A DNA stretch of 64,000 nucleotides from an uncultured Anaerolineaceae bacterium. GTDB lineage: Bacteria; Chloroflexota; Anaerolineae; Anaerolineales; E44-bin32. The stretch covers positions 1,197-65,196 of the forward strand of contig CAYMCO010000029.1 in the NCBI GenBank assembly GCA_964388955.1, given 5' to 3'. Below are positions 55,746 to 64,000 of the stretch, in pieces; position 1 is the first letter of the stretch, and the number at the start of each line of letters is the position of its first letter. A program made the position numbers and the translations under genes. The notes below the pieces were generated by a model, which did not search any database, had not been told where the DNA came from, and saw only the letters and a program-made list of their open reading frames with translations.

Positions 55746-56120
55746 TCATTCAATCAATTCTCGAATATCATCAGCGGCCCGCCGCATCTCCAGCAGGACC
55801 AAACCCAGCTTGGCCTTCTCCCGCGCCAATAATGTCAGCACAGCGTCTTTTCCCGCCGCCATCAAGAGGATATAGCCCTCAGTTCCGTGAACATAGACCT
55901 CGTCCAAGTCGCCACGCCCCAACTCTCTTGAGATACGCTCCCCCAGGCTGAGCATGGCGGCGGACATGGCGGAGACTCTGTCTTCCGCCACCGCTTCCGG
56001 CAACGCGGAAGCCATTACGAGGCCGTCCACGCTTACCACGGCCGATGCCTCGACATCCAGGGCACTGCTCTGCAGCTGCCGCATGCGCTGCACCATGCGC
56101 ACGGTTCGCGAGTTTTCCAT
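55746..56120 (-). CDS. Roadblock/LC7 (MglB-like) domain protein
   Basis: 124 aa. ASAVVSVDGLVMASALP...SAMSAAMLSLGERISRELGRGDLDEVYVHGTEGYILLMAAG matches the Robl_LC7 pattern. Confidence 0.75.
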   Translation of the reverse strand: MENSRTVRMVQRMRQLQSSALDVEASAVVSVDGLVMASALPEAVAEDRVSAMSAAMLSLGERISRELGRGDLDEVYVHGTEGYILLMAAGKDAVLTLLAREKAKLGLVLLEMRRAADDIRELIE

Positions 56121-56231
56121 CCGGCTGCATCATCAGCAATTCGAATCGGTGGAGTCTACCATGCGTGAAAAACGCGAGCAAGATTGGGGGGATTTGGGTC
56201 GAAGGTCGACACGGGCCGTCACCTATCGGCC

Positions 56232-56345
56232 GTCGGCTCGTCGCCAATCGCCGGGGTTCATTTCGCCCTCGGCCAGGTTCTGTACCACCGGTCGCGAATT
56301 GTCTCGCACTGGCGACAGGTGTTGAGTTGATGGCCGATCGCCGAA
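56232..56345. repeat. Dispersed intergenic repeat, second copy of the approximately 115-bp element
   Basis: 56261-56345 aligns with 35024-35108. The two copies share ATTTCGCCCTC, GGTTCTG, GAATTGTCTCG, ACTGGCGA and GCCGATCGCCGA. Confidence 0.65.
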
Positions 56346-56422
56346 AGCTGATTGCTTACATTGTTCGCCGTTTTTCCCTCATCGTCCCCCTGGCGGGGCG
56401 GCTTCGCCGCCGCTGACCTCCG

Positions 56423-56959
56423 CTAGTCGGGCAGCAGACCCGGCAGCAAATGGACGACCATGCGTTCCCCCTCCAGGTCCACTTCGCGGATCACAGATTC
56501 GATCGCGGGCAGCAGCACCTCTTTCCCCGAATCGGTGCGCACCAAGTAGACATCGTTCACACCCGTCTCGATGATCTGCTCCAACCGGCCCAAGCGCGCT
56601 CCATCCTCTGTCTGCACCGTCAGGCCGATGATCTGCCAATGATAGTATTCGTGCTCCCGCAACGGTTCGGTATCCCCGAAAGAAAGGAACACCTCGGCGT
56701 CCCGCCAACGCTCCGCCGTGTGTCGATCCTCGCATCCTTCGATCCGTACGATAAACCGCCCGCGGTGCGGGCGCACCGAGCGCACGATCTTGGGGGTTTT
56801 CTCTGGGCCGATATAGATGAGAGAGGAGGGAATGATGCTTTGAATCGAGCCCTCGTCCGCTTCCACGACCATCGCGCCATGCACGCCGTGGGGCCGGACG
56901 ATCCTACCCACAGACAGGTAATCCGGCGGCTCACGCCGTCCGTGATGGGGAGACTCCAA
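56423..56959 (-). CDS. rimM: 16S rRNA processing protein RimM
   Basis: LSVGRIVRPHGVHGAMVVE and the PRC-barrel C-terminus EVLLPAIESVIREVDLEGERMVVHLLPGL are present. It sits in the ffh-rpsP-KH-rimM operon. Confidence 0.9.
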   Translation of the reverse strand: MESPHHGRREPPDYLSVGRIVRPHGVHGAMVVEADEGSIQSIIPSSLIYIGPEKTPKIVRSVRPHRGRFIVRIEGCEDRHTAERWRDAEVFLSFGDTEPLREHEYYHWQIIGLTVQTEDGARLGRLEQIIETGVNDVYLVRTDSGKEVLLPAIESVIREVDLEGERMVVHLLPGLLPD

Positions 56960-56981
56960 GGGGCAAGAACCCGTTCAGCCG

Positions 56982-57209
56982 CTAGATGATGTCCAGGCTC
57001 GCGCGCTTATCTTCGCGCGATGCGCTGGCCCGCAAAAGTGAGCGCATCGCATTCGCGATACGGCCGTGCCGGCCGATCACCCGGCCCATGTCCTCTTTCG
57101 CCACCGACAGCTCGATGATCACGTGTTCTCGGCGATCTTGCTCTTCCACCCTGACTTCCGTCGGGTCGTTCACGAGCGACTTGGCAATGAATTCGATCAA
57201 CTCTTTCAC
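56982..57209 (-). CDS. KH-domain RNA-binding protein (YlqC family)
   Basis: MKELIEFIAKSLVNDPTEVRVEE...VAKEDMGRVIGRHGRIANAMRSLL; 75 aa. Confidence 0.9.
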   Translation of the reverse strand: MKELIEFIAKSLVNDPTEVRVEEQDRREHVIIELSVAKEDMGRVIGRHGRIANAMRSLLRASASREDKRASLDII

Positions 57210-57303
57210 CAGATTTCACCTTCAGCTTGACCCCGCGGCTCAGGCCAACGGCTGGTTCTGAGGTCATCCCATCCATGCGGGCGTGGGGCCGCTGGTTGCT
57301 TGG

Positions 57304-57951
57304 TCACTCCTTCTCCCCCTCCTCCGAGTCGGGTTCTCCTGTCTCGGTCGCGGACCCTTCCTTATCCTCCGCCGATTCCTCTTCGACCTCGGCTTCAGCC
57401 GTTGGCTCCGCTTCGGGCTCCTCGACCTGCACTTCGGCCTCCGGCTCCTCCGCGGGCTCCCCCTCTGCCTCGGCCGCCTCGGCACCAGTCTCCGCTTCCT
57501 CCTCGGACTCGGCCGAGGCTGCCGGCGCCTCCGCTTCGGCTGGCTCCTCTCTCTCCGGCTGTTCCGCCTCGAGATCCGCTTCCGGCGCCTGCTTCAGCCG
57601 CTTTCCGGCCAGGTCGTCCCGACGTGTGCGAGGATCTACTTCAAAGGCCTTCGCCCCAGCCTCTTCCAGCAATGTCTCCAAATCCTCCCCGCCCCTGTAC
57701 CGCTCCCAGCGATCCCAGGTCCCGAAAGCGCGCAGTAGTTGCTTCACGGAACCAGAGGCCTGGGCGCCATTCTTGAGCCAATGGAATAGTCGTGCTTCGT
57801 CCACTTTCACTGTAGCCGGCTCTGTCCTCGGGTTGTAGTGGCCCAGGATCTCCAAGAATCGACCATCGCGGGGTTTCCGCTGATCCGCCGCGACAATACG
57901 ATAGCTGGGCTGGTTTCGCGCTCCAACTCGGCGCAATCGTATCCGCACCAT
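57304..57951 (-). CDS. rpsP: 30S ribosomal protein S16 with an approximately 115-aa acidic C-terminal extension
   Basis: MVRIRLRRVGARNQPSYRIVAADQRKPRDGRFLEILGHYNPR is followed by a Glu/Ala/Pro-rich tail. Confidence 0.9.
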   Translation of the reverse strand: MVRIRLRRVGARNQPSYRIVAADQRKPRDGRFLEILGHYNPRTEPATVKVDEARLFHWLKNGAQASGSVKQLLRAFGTWDRWERYRGGEDLETLLEEAGAKAFEVDPRTRRDDLAGKRLKQAPEADLEAEQPEREEPAEAEAPAASAESEEEAETGAEAAEAEGEPAEEPEAEVQVEEPEAEPTAEAEVEEESAEDKEGSATETGEPDSEEGEKE

Positions 57952-58058
57952 GTTTCTATCTCTCCCTTTCCTATGATCAGAGTTCCTGTCCGCGTCTGAC
58001 CGAGGGCGTGCCGGAAGGAGGGCACTAAGAGATTCAAACGCGCCAGTATCTTCGGTAC

Positions 58059-59381
58059 CTAGCCAAACATCGGGGGCATCCCCTTGAAGCCCCTCTTGCC
58101 AATCTTCTTGAACAGCCTGCGCATCTGTCTGTATTGCCGCACCAACTGGTTGACCTGCTGCACGCTGGTCCCCGAACCGGCGGCAATGCGCCGGCGCCGG
58201 CTGGCATTCAGGATATCGGGCCGGGCGCGCTCCTCTGCCGTCATCGATTCGATGATGGCCTGCGTGCTCACCAATTGGCGTTCGGCTCCCGCAGGATCCA
58301 CGTTCACGTTTATACCACCGATTCCGCCGGGGAGGAGTTCCAGTATCCTCCCGATGGGTCCCATGCGCCGCACCTGCGCGAGTTGAGCAGCGAAATCTTC
58401 CAGCGTGAATTCGCCCTTCACCAGCCTTTCGGCTTGACGCTCCATCTGCTCCTGATCGAACTCCGCCTCCGCCTTTTCGATCAGCGTGAGGATATCCCCC
58501 ATGCCTAAGATCCGGCTGGTCAGGCGCTCGGGCTCAAATGTCTCCAGCGCTTCGCGTCCCTCGCCGGTGCCAATAAACTTGATCGGCACTCCGGTCACGG
58601 AGCGCATCGAGATGGCCGCTCCCCCGCGAGCATCACCGTCCATTTTGGTCAGGATCAAGCCGCTCAACCCCAACGCATCGTCAAATCCGCCCGCGATGTT
58701 CACCGCCTCCTGCCCGGTCATCGCATCCGCCACAAGCAGAATCTCGGGCGGGGCCACCGCATCGCGGATCTCCCGCAGTTCGTCCATCATGCCCTTGTCC
58801 ACCTGCGAGCGGCCCGCGGTGTCGAGCACGACCACGGTCGCCCCGGCTCTATCCGCAGCCTGGACCCCCTTTATGCTGAGTTCGGCGGGAGGCAAATCTC
58901 GCTCCCAGAACACCGGGACGCCGATCTCCTCGCCCAGCACCTGCAACTGCTCCACCGCCGCCGGCCGGTAGGGGTCCACACCCACTAGCCATACCCGCTC
59001 ACCCCGCGAGCGCAGCCATTTGGCGAGTTTGGCGGCCGTTGTGGTCTTGCCCGAACCCTGCAGCCCAACCAGCATGATTGCGCGCGGTTTCGGGCCCCGC
59101 AACTCGAGTACCCCGGGTTCCCCCAGGGACCGCTGCAGCTCCTCATTCAGGATCTTTATCACCTGCTGCGCCGGGTTGAGCGCCGCAGAGACCTCCGCCC
59201 CAACCGCGCGCTCCCTGACGCGCCCCACCAGTTCTTTGACGACCTGATAGTTCACGTCGGCCTCCAAAAGGGCAAGCCGGATGTCCCGCAGGGAGCGGTC
59301 CACGTCTTCGGGGCGAAGCTTGCCTCGACGAGCGAGGCTGCGGAACACATCTTGGAGACGATCTGTCAGACTTTCAAACAT
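58059..59381 (-). CDS. ffh: Signal recognition particle protein Ffh
   Basis: MFESLTDRLQDVF, GLQGSGKTTT, DTAGR and the Met-rich M domain ending GMPPMFG are present. Confidence 0.95.
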   Translation of the reverse strand: MFESLTDRLQDVFRSLARRGKLRPEDVDRSLRDIRLALLEADVNYQVVKELVGRVRERAVGAEVSAALNPAQQVIKILNEELQRSLGEPGVLELRGPKPRAIMLVGLQGSGKTTTAAKLAKWLRSRGERVWLVGVDPYRPAAVEQLQVLGEEIGVPVFWERDLPPAELSIKGVQAADRAGATVVVLDTAGRSQVDKGMMDELREIRDAVAPPEILLVADAMTGQEAVNIAGGFDDALGLSGLILTKMDGDARGGAAISMRSVTGVPIKFIGTGEGREALETFEPERLTSRILGMGDILTLIEKAEAEFDQEQMERQAERLVKGEFTLEDFAAQLAQVRRMGPIGRILELLPGGIGGINVNVDPAGAERQLVSTQAIIESMTAEERARPDILNASRRRRIAAGSGTSVQQVNQLVRQYRQMRRLFKKIGKRGFKGMPPMFG

Positions 59382-59688
59382 GACCCAGCCACAACCGGTA
59401 GACGTGCAAGCCGCCGATCGGGCTGCGTTTCGGGCAGCAACCGGCCGGCGGGCTGCACATAACTTCTTCCCCTCACTGCCCTATCATTCTAGCCGCGAAG
59501 TCGGGGCGGGTCAAGGTGACGCGGATTTGAGGGAGCGTTCCATCTGAGGGGGCAGCTATGCCCGAAAACTAGCCCGTCACTCGGGCGCCCTCCACTCAGC
59601 TCCTGGACTGCCCATCGCGGTGATCGAGCCGCTGGGATTGGGGTACGGCTCTCACGTTGGCAAACGCTCGGGTCCGGACACACCGGCT

Positions 59689-61131
59689 TCAGCGGGGCGG
59701 GCGCCACCAGTCGAAGTAGTCTCCCCATTCCACGTGACCATAATAGCCGAGCCCATTGGCCAACGGGCCGATTCCATCGACGACTTCGGCCGTCCGCCCT
59801 TCCTGCAGCTCCGCCAGCCACAAGGAAGCGTGATCGAGAGCATCAAGCCGGACGAAGAGGATCGAGTCTCCGTCCCCGGACCAAAGTGGGCGTTCGTCCC
59901 GGTACGTGTCCCCCTCGGTTAGTTTGCGAGCTTGCCCTGAGGCGATATACATCACCCAGATGCTCCGGTCCATCACCATCTCTTCAGGACTCTCCCCCTC
60001 GGCGGATGACATATCCGGCATCGCCGAAAAAGCGATCTTGGAGGCATCCGGGGACACGGCCGGCCACAGGACGGCCTGATCACGCTCCGTCAGAGCGCGG
60101 GCAACCCCGTTCGCCGGATCAACGACAGCCAGACGTTTGTTCACCCACGTCTCCCGCCCTCCACCCAGGACGACAAGAACGCGATCCGATGAGTCTTGAG
60201 GAGTTTCCGGGAAGCGAACCACGAAATCATCGTAAACGAGGACGCTCGCGGTGGGCGCCGATTGTCCAACTGACTCATTGAGATCTTTTCCCATCTCGAT
60301 TGGGTTGCCGCCGGCCGCCGCAAGCGCATATAGCGGAGTGCCATCCGCCAGCAGCGAAGCAGAGGGAATGGGCCCCTGCCAAAACAGCAGCGCTGATCCA
60401 CCGGCGGTCCACTTTGCTACGGTTGAAGCCCCTTTATCCGGCATGCCGCTGTCGAAGAGCTGAATCAGTTTCCCATCCGCGAGCCGGATCTGCCAGATCC
60501 CTTGATAGGCTGGCCCACCCGCTTCGCCGCGACCCAGCCAGTCGAACGCCAGCATTTCCCCCGCCGGTCCCCATGCCAGCCTGCGGATTTCCCCCTGGGA
60601 GGCAATGGACGCGCTCAGATCATTCCCGCCAACGAGCAAGGTGGCCGCGCTGGCGCCACCGCTCGTCAAGTAGAGATCCCCGTCGGCAACGAACGCCAAA
60701 TCATCCGTTCTCGGAGACCAGGCGAACGACCCAACCTGCCCTTCTGAAACCAAGATGGGGGCGGCTCCCTCGGTCCTCACATCCATCGTGGCCAGGCCAT
60801 CACCGGCCATACGGAACGCCAGCCATCGTCCGCTGGGCGACCAGCGCGGCTCGCTGAGGGCCTCCCCTTCGACGAGGGGCTGCGAAGCGCCGGTCTCGAA
60901 ATCATGAATCCAGAGACTTCCATTCTTGACAAAGGCGACGGGGCCAAAGCCCCGTACGTCCTGCGCCTCGGTCTCGAAGGTCGCCGTTGGACGGGCGGTT
61001 GGTCCGGCTTCCGATGCAGTGGCCTCGGGGGTACTGCCGGTCGGCGTCGCGGCCGTGCAGCCGGCGGCGACAAAACAGACGACCGCAGCCGAAAGAGGTA
61101 GGCCCTTTCGCACTCTCTCACAGATACACAT
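59689..61131 (-). CDS. TolB-like beta-propeller (PD40/WD40-like repeat) lipoprotein
   Basis: The lipobox is VAAGC. Repeated motifs of the type SPDG/WSP.G..LAF (PRWSPSGRWLAF, AWSPRTDDLAF, AVSPDASKIAF, LWSGDGDSILF) are present. Confidence 0.7.
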   Translation of the reverse strand: MCICERVRKGLPLSAAVVCFVAAGCTAATPTGSTPEATASEAGPTARPTATFETEAQDVRGFGPVAFVKNGSLWIHDFETGASQPLVEGEALSEPRWSPSGRWLAFRMAGDGLATMDVRTEGAAPILVSEGQVGSFAWSPRTDDLAFVADGDLYLTSGGASAATLLVGGNDLSASIASQGEIRRLAWGPAGEMLAFDWLGRGEAGGPAYQGIWQIRLADGKLIQLFDSGMPDKGASTVAKWTAGGSALLFWQGPIPSASLLADGTPLYALAAAGGNPIEMGKDLNESVGQSAPTASVLVYDDFVVRFPETPQDSSDRVLVVLGGGRETWVNKRLAVVDPANGVARALTERDQAVLWPAVSPDASKIAFSAMPDMSSAEGESPEEMVMDRSIWVMYIASGQARKLTEGDTYRDERPLWSGDGDSILFVRLDALDHASLWLAELQEGRTAEVVDGIGPLANGLGYYGHVEWGDYFDWWRPPR

Positions 61132-61275
61132 TTTCCCTCCTTCAGGACCCTATCCCCGGATGGCCTCCAGCCCATGAGGGAGCAGGCATGCCTTCCGGAG
61201 CGCCTGGTTGGACGTCAAGCCGGGTGTCCAATAGCCAAGGAGTCACGCTGCCTTCCGCGCCCGCTCTGGCGTGGA

Positions 61276-63984
61276 CTATTGCCCGCCATAGACCTGTACC
61301 GCACTGAGAAGCCTGTTGCCCACCGACCTCACCACCGCCGGATCCCCTTCCTCCAGACCCATCACGGCGGCAATCGCCCCCTCCGGCCGTGACACGGCCA
61401 GCATGAACCAACCGACTCCCTCCCCGCTTTCGCCACCGATCGCTTGCCCCTGGGTGGCGTAGCTTCCAGGAGCAACTTGGAACCATCCCTGTGCGGCCGC
61501 GGCCGTCTCGGCCGACAGGGCTCTCCGGGCTTCTGCGGTGACATCCGACTCCTGCCAGGTTCCATCGGGCATCCGTACCGAGTCCACCAGCCGCACCGCG
61601 GGAAGCGCACCAGCGTTGAACAGGGAGGACCAGGCGCGCGCCATCTGCAGAGGTGTGACGGTGAGAGTGCCCTGGCCGAACGCCTCCGCCCTAATCTCAT
61701 CTCGCGTGGAGGGAGCCGAGAGCTCGGCTGCCGGCGCCTCGGGCAGGAGCACGCCCGTGGGCTCGGCCAAGCCGAAGCCGCCGATCATATCCATCAACAC
61801 CTGGCCGGTGAAACTATCGCTGATCTGCACAAAGGGAGCCGGGCAACCCGAGCGAAAGGCCGCCGCCAAATCCTCTTCACCGGCGGTCACCGGCCACAAG
61901 CACTCCAGCTCCTGGCCATCGATCTGGATCGGCGCCTGGAGATCAAGCTCTGAGGGGAGGCCGGAAGGTGGGAGCAGATCGTGTTCTTGGGCCCACGCGG
62001 CCAGGAACGGCGCCATCGCCAGGCCGGGCTGGTAGCGCGCCTGGGTCGCCCGGTTCAGGAGCGGCGCATCATCCCGTTCGCGCAGCACCGTCCACTGCTC
62101 TTCCAGCCTTCCTGGGTCAAAGGAGGGCGCGGATGCCATCGCCAGCACTTCCCCGCTCCGCGCCTCCATGATCACGATCGCGCCGCGGCGCCCCTTCAAT
62201 ATCCTTTCCGCGGCCCGCTGCAGCGCCAAGTCCAGTGTCAGACGGACGTTCAGACCTGGAGGTGGAAATCCGGTCAGCATCTGCTGGCGGGCAATAAGCC
62301 AGGGGTCGTAACCGCGCTCCCCTCGCAGCCAGGGGTCCAGACTCCCCTCCAACCCAGCCTTGCCCAGCGCCAGCGAATCATAGCCCACCACGTGCGTCGC
62401 AGCTAAGGCCGGATAGAACCGCTCAAAGCCCTCCGCCTCGCGGCGGGACTCAGCGAGCGGGATATCGAGCCGATCCAGAATGCTGCCCCGCCTCACGTAC
62501 AGGCTGGCAGTCGCTGGCCGGGGGTTGTCGGCACGTGAAATCAGGCTATCCCGCTGCGCCACGCTCCACCAGCCCACCATCAGCGCCAGGCAGGCCAGCA
62601 TGGTGCCAAGTCCAAGTTGGATGGCGCGCAGAGGTGGCCGCATGGGAGACCAGCCCCCTCGCTCATCGGACAGCCGCAGCAGGAACCCCAGTGCAATGAA
62701 ACTGGTGAGCAGCGAGGAACCGCCGTACGAAACGAAAGGAAGCGTGACGCCGGTCAGGGGGAACAGGCGGATCACGCCTCCGATGATCAGCACCGATTGC
62801 AGCCCAAAAGCGGTAGCCAGACCTGCGGCAAGCAGTTTGGCGAAGACATCTCGGTGACCCATCGCCGCTTTCAGCCCGCGTGAGACCAATACAGCGATCA
62901 AGCCCAAAGCAGCCAGCCCGCCGGCCAACCCCCATTCTTCCACCAGGGCCGCAAATATGAAATCGGTGTGAGCTGCAGGGACAAAACCCGGGGATCCCAG
63001 GCCGGGCCCGCTGCCGGTCACCCCACCTGAGGCGAGCGCGATCAGGGATTGCACGGTTTGGTAGGAGCCGCCTAGGGGGTCCAACCAGGGGTTGAGCCAA
63101 GCCTGAAAGCGAATCCTGACCACCGAAAAAAGCATGCTGCCCAGCGCGCCGCCCAGGCCGATGACGCCGGCCCCAGCCAGCAGGACCTGCCATCGGCCGG
63201 AGGTCAGATAGAGTAGGACCGCCAGCAAGGCCACGAAGAGCGATCCCGTCCCCAGGTCGCGCTGCGCCACCAACAGGCCGATGGATAGGCCCCATACGGC
63301 CAGCACCGGCGCGAGGAGCGGCAGAATCGAGCCATCCGATGGGTCCCCTGCCTTCATACGTTCGGAAAAATAAGAGGCCAGGAAAGCAATCAGCAGCAGC
63401 CGGAGCGGCTCTGAGGGTTGGAAATAGATACCGCAGCATCCCAGCCACAGGCGCGGCTCGCCGCCGGAGGGATGGGTGCCAAAGACCAGGGTGAGCGAGG
63501 TCAGGAGCAGCCCTCCTGTCCACCAGAGATACCGATACCTGCGCAGCCAGCGCAGGTCATTCGGGCTGTGTACGATCCCCACCAGCGCAAGTGTGCCCAC
63601 GGCCATCCACACCAATTGGCGCGCGCCGAATGCGGGATACAATCGCCAGATCAGCAGGATGCCCCACCCGGTGAGCAGCATCCCCACCGGCAGCAGATAC
63701 GGATCGCGCCAAGGGACCTTGCGCCGCAGCGACCAGCGGATGATGCTCGCGCACACTGCCCAACCGGGAAGCACCAGCGCCATTCCCAGCCGCGCCCGCG
63801 AAGCCACCCACGCCCCTTGGCGGGCCGCAGGAGCTAGGTTCAGGCCGATGACCGTGGCGAGCAGAAAGCCGAACGCGAGGCAAAGAAGAACCGCCTCGCG
63901 TCGATCAACTCGCCGCTCGTCGTCAATCAAGATACTTCTCAACAAATATCCCCAGCCTCCGGCGCGCTGATTCAGGGATCGCAT
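61276..63984 (-). CDS. Fusion of a SEDS glycosyltransferase (FtsW/RodA family) to a class-B PBP-like domain
   Basis: The N-terminal approximately 470 aa is polytopic with HTDFIFAALVEEWG and PFVSYGGSS (SEDS motifs). The C-terminal approximately 430 aa has PBP2 dimerisation/TPase-like blocks: RGSILDR, HVVGY, GLEGSLD, LTLDLALQ, VLAMASAPSFDP and FGQGTLTVTPLQMA. Confidence 0.85.
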   Translation of the reverse strand: MRSLNQRAGGWGYLLRSILIDDERRVDRREAVLLCLAFGFLLATVIGLNLAPAARQGAWVASRARLGMALVLPGWAVCASIIRWSLRRKVPWRDPYLLPVGMLLTGWGILLIWRLYPAFGARQLVWMAVGTLALVGIVHSPNDLRWLRRYRYLWWTGGLLLTSLTLVFGTHPSGGEPRLWLGCCGIYFQPSEPLRLLLIAFLASYFSERMKAGDPSDGSILPLLAPVLAVWGLSIGLLVAQRDLGTGSLFVALLAVLLYLTSGRWQVLLAGAGVIGLGGALGSMLFSVVRIRFQAWLNPWLDPLGGSYQTVQSLIALASGGVTGSGPGLGSPGFVPAAHTDFIFAALVEEWGLAGGLAALGLIAVLVSRGLKAAMGHRDVFAKLLAAGLATAFGLQSVLIIGGVIRLFPLTGVTLPFVSYGGSSLLTSFIALGFLLRLSDERGGWSPMRPPLRAIQLGLGTMLACLALMVGWWSVAQRDSLISRADNPRPATASLYVRRGSILDRLDIPLAESRREAEGFERFYPALAATHVVGYDSLALGKAGLEGSLDPWLRGERGYDPWLIARQQMLTGFPPPGLNVRLTLDLALQRAAERILKGRRGAIVIMEARSGEVLAMASAPSFDPGRLEEQWTVLRERDDAPLLNRATQARYQPGLAMAPFLAAWAQEHDLLPPSGLPSELDLQAPIQIDGQELECLWPVTAGEEDLAAAFRSGCPAPFVQISDSFTGQVLMDMIGGFGLAEPTGVLLPEAPAAELSAPSTRDEIRAEAFGQGTLTVTPLQMARAWSSLFNAGALPAVRLVDSVRMPDGTWQESDVTAEARRALSAETAAAAQGWFQVAPGSYATQGQAIGGESGEGVGWFMLAVSRPEGAIAAVMGLEEGDPAVVRSVGNRLLSAVQVYGGQ

Positions 63985-64000
63985 CCGGGCGTGTGATCAA

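Noticed and set aside
59382-59688. SRP (4.5S) RNA upstream of ffh
   Set aside because: There is no match to the conserved domain IV sequence (GGUCCGGAAGGAAGCAGCC-like with a GNRA loop) on either strand.

Overview
This is a high-GC bacterial chromosomal window (about 60-65% GC by eye, not computed). Gene content and the style of the intergenic repeats suggest a Chloroflexota-like organism; that is a low-confidence inference. I can support about 55 protein genes and one tRNA, and most are housekeeping.

From left to right:
- The 3' end of an integron-integrase-like tyrosine recombinase, then a lower-GC sulfotransferase. This is the only accessory-looking DNA in the window.
- A minus-strand run: GT39 glycosyltransferase, flippase-like membrane protein, an unassigned ORF, an SPFH protein, an HPS/OMPDC-family protein and a peroxiredoxin.
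- ppdK.
- A complete suf Fe-S operon (sufC-sufB-sufD, small ORF, sufS-sufU, Rieske) with divergent sufR and a DUF59/SufT-like gene.
- MoxR, DUF58, a DUF4129 membrane protein, then an ECF sigma and a putative anti-sigma.
- An exonuclease-DinG fusion, an M20 peptidase and two ABC exporter genes.
- efp, tRNA-Leu(UAG), tig-clpP-clpX, rlmN, an orphan GAF histidine kinase, rpe and rpmB.
- Asp23, a YloV/FakA-like gene, two DegV genes, recG and coaD.
- pyrG, a roadblock/LC7 gene, rimM, a KH protein, rpsP and ffh.
- A TolB-like lipoprotein and a SEDS-PBP fusion.

Most notable observations:
1. The peroxiredoxin has an in-frame TGA exactly at the peroxidatic Cys, followed by a SECIS-like hairpin with a GGUC loop. 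It is a probable selenoprotein that would be miscalled as two ORFs.
2. In the RodA/FtsW-PBP2 fusion, the transpeptidase SxxK and KTG motifs look degenerate.
3. A mosaic family of dispersed intergenic repeats, including arrays of AACNTG with a 7-8 nt period.
4. Near-consensus promoters that place several start codons at or next to the predicted transcription start, implying leaderless mRNAs. These include a divergent sufR/sufC control region with nested perfect palindromes.
5. Several 500-800 bp gene-free regions, some with strong hairpins.

I found no CRISPR array, rRNA, transposase or recognisable defence island. I cannot point with confidence to a clearly novel multi-gene system. The candidates above are what I think deserve a second look.
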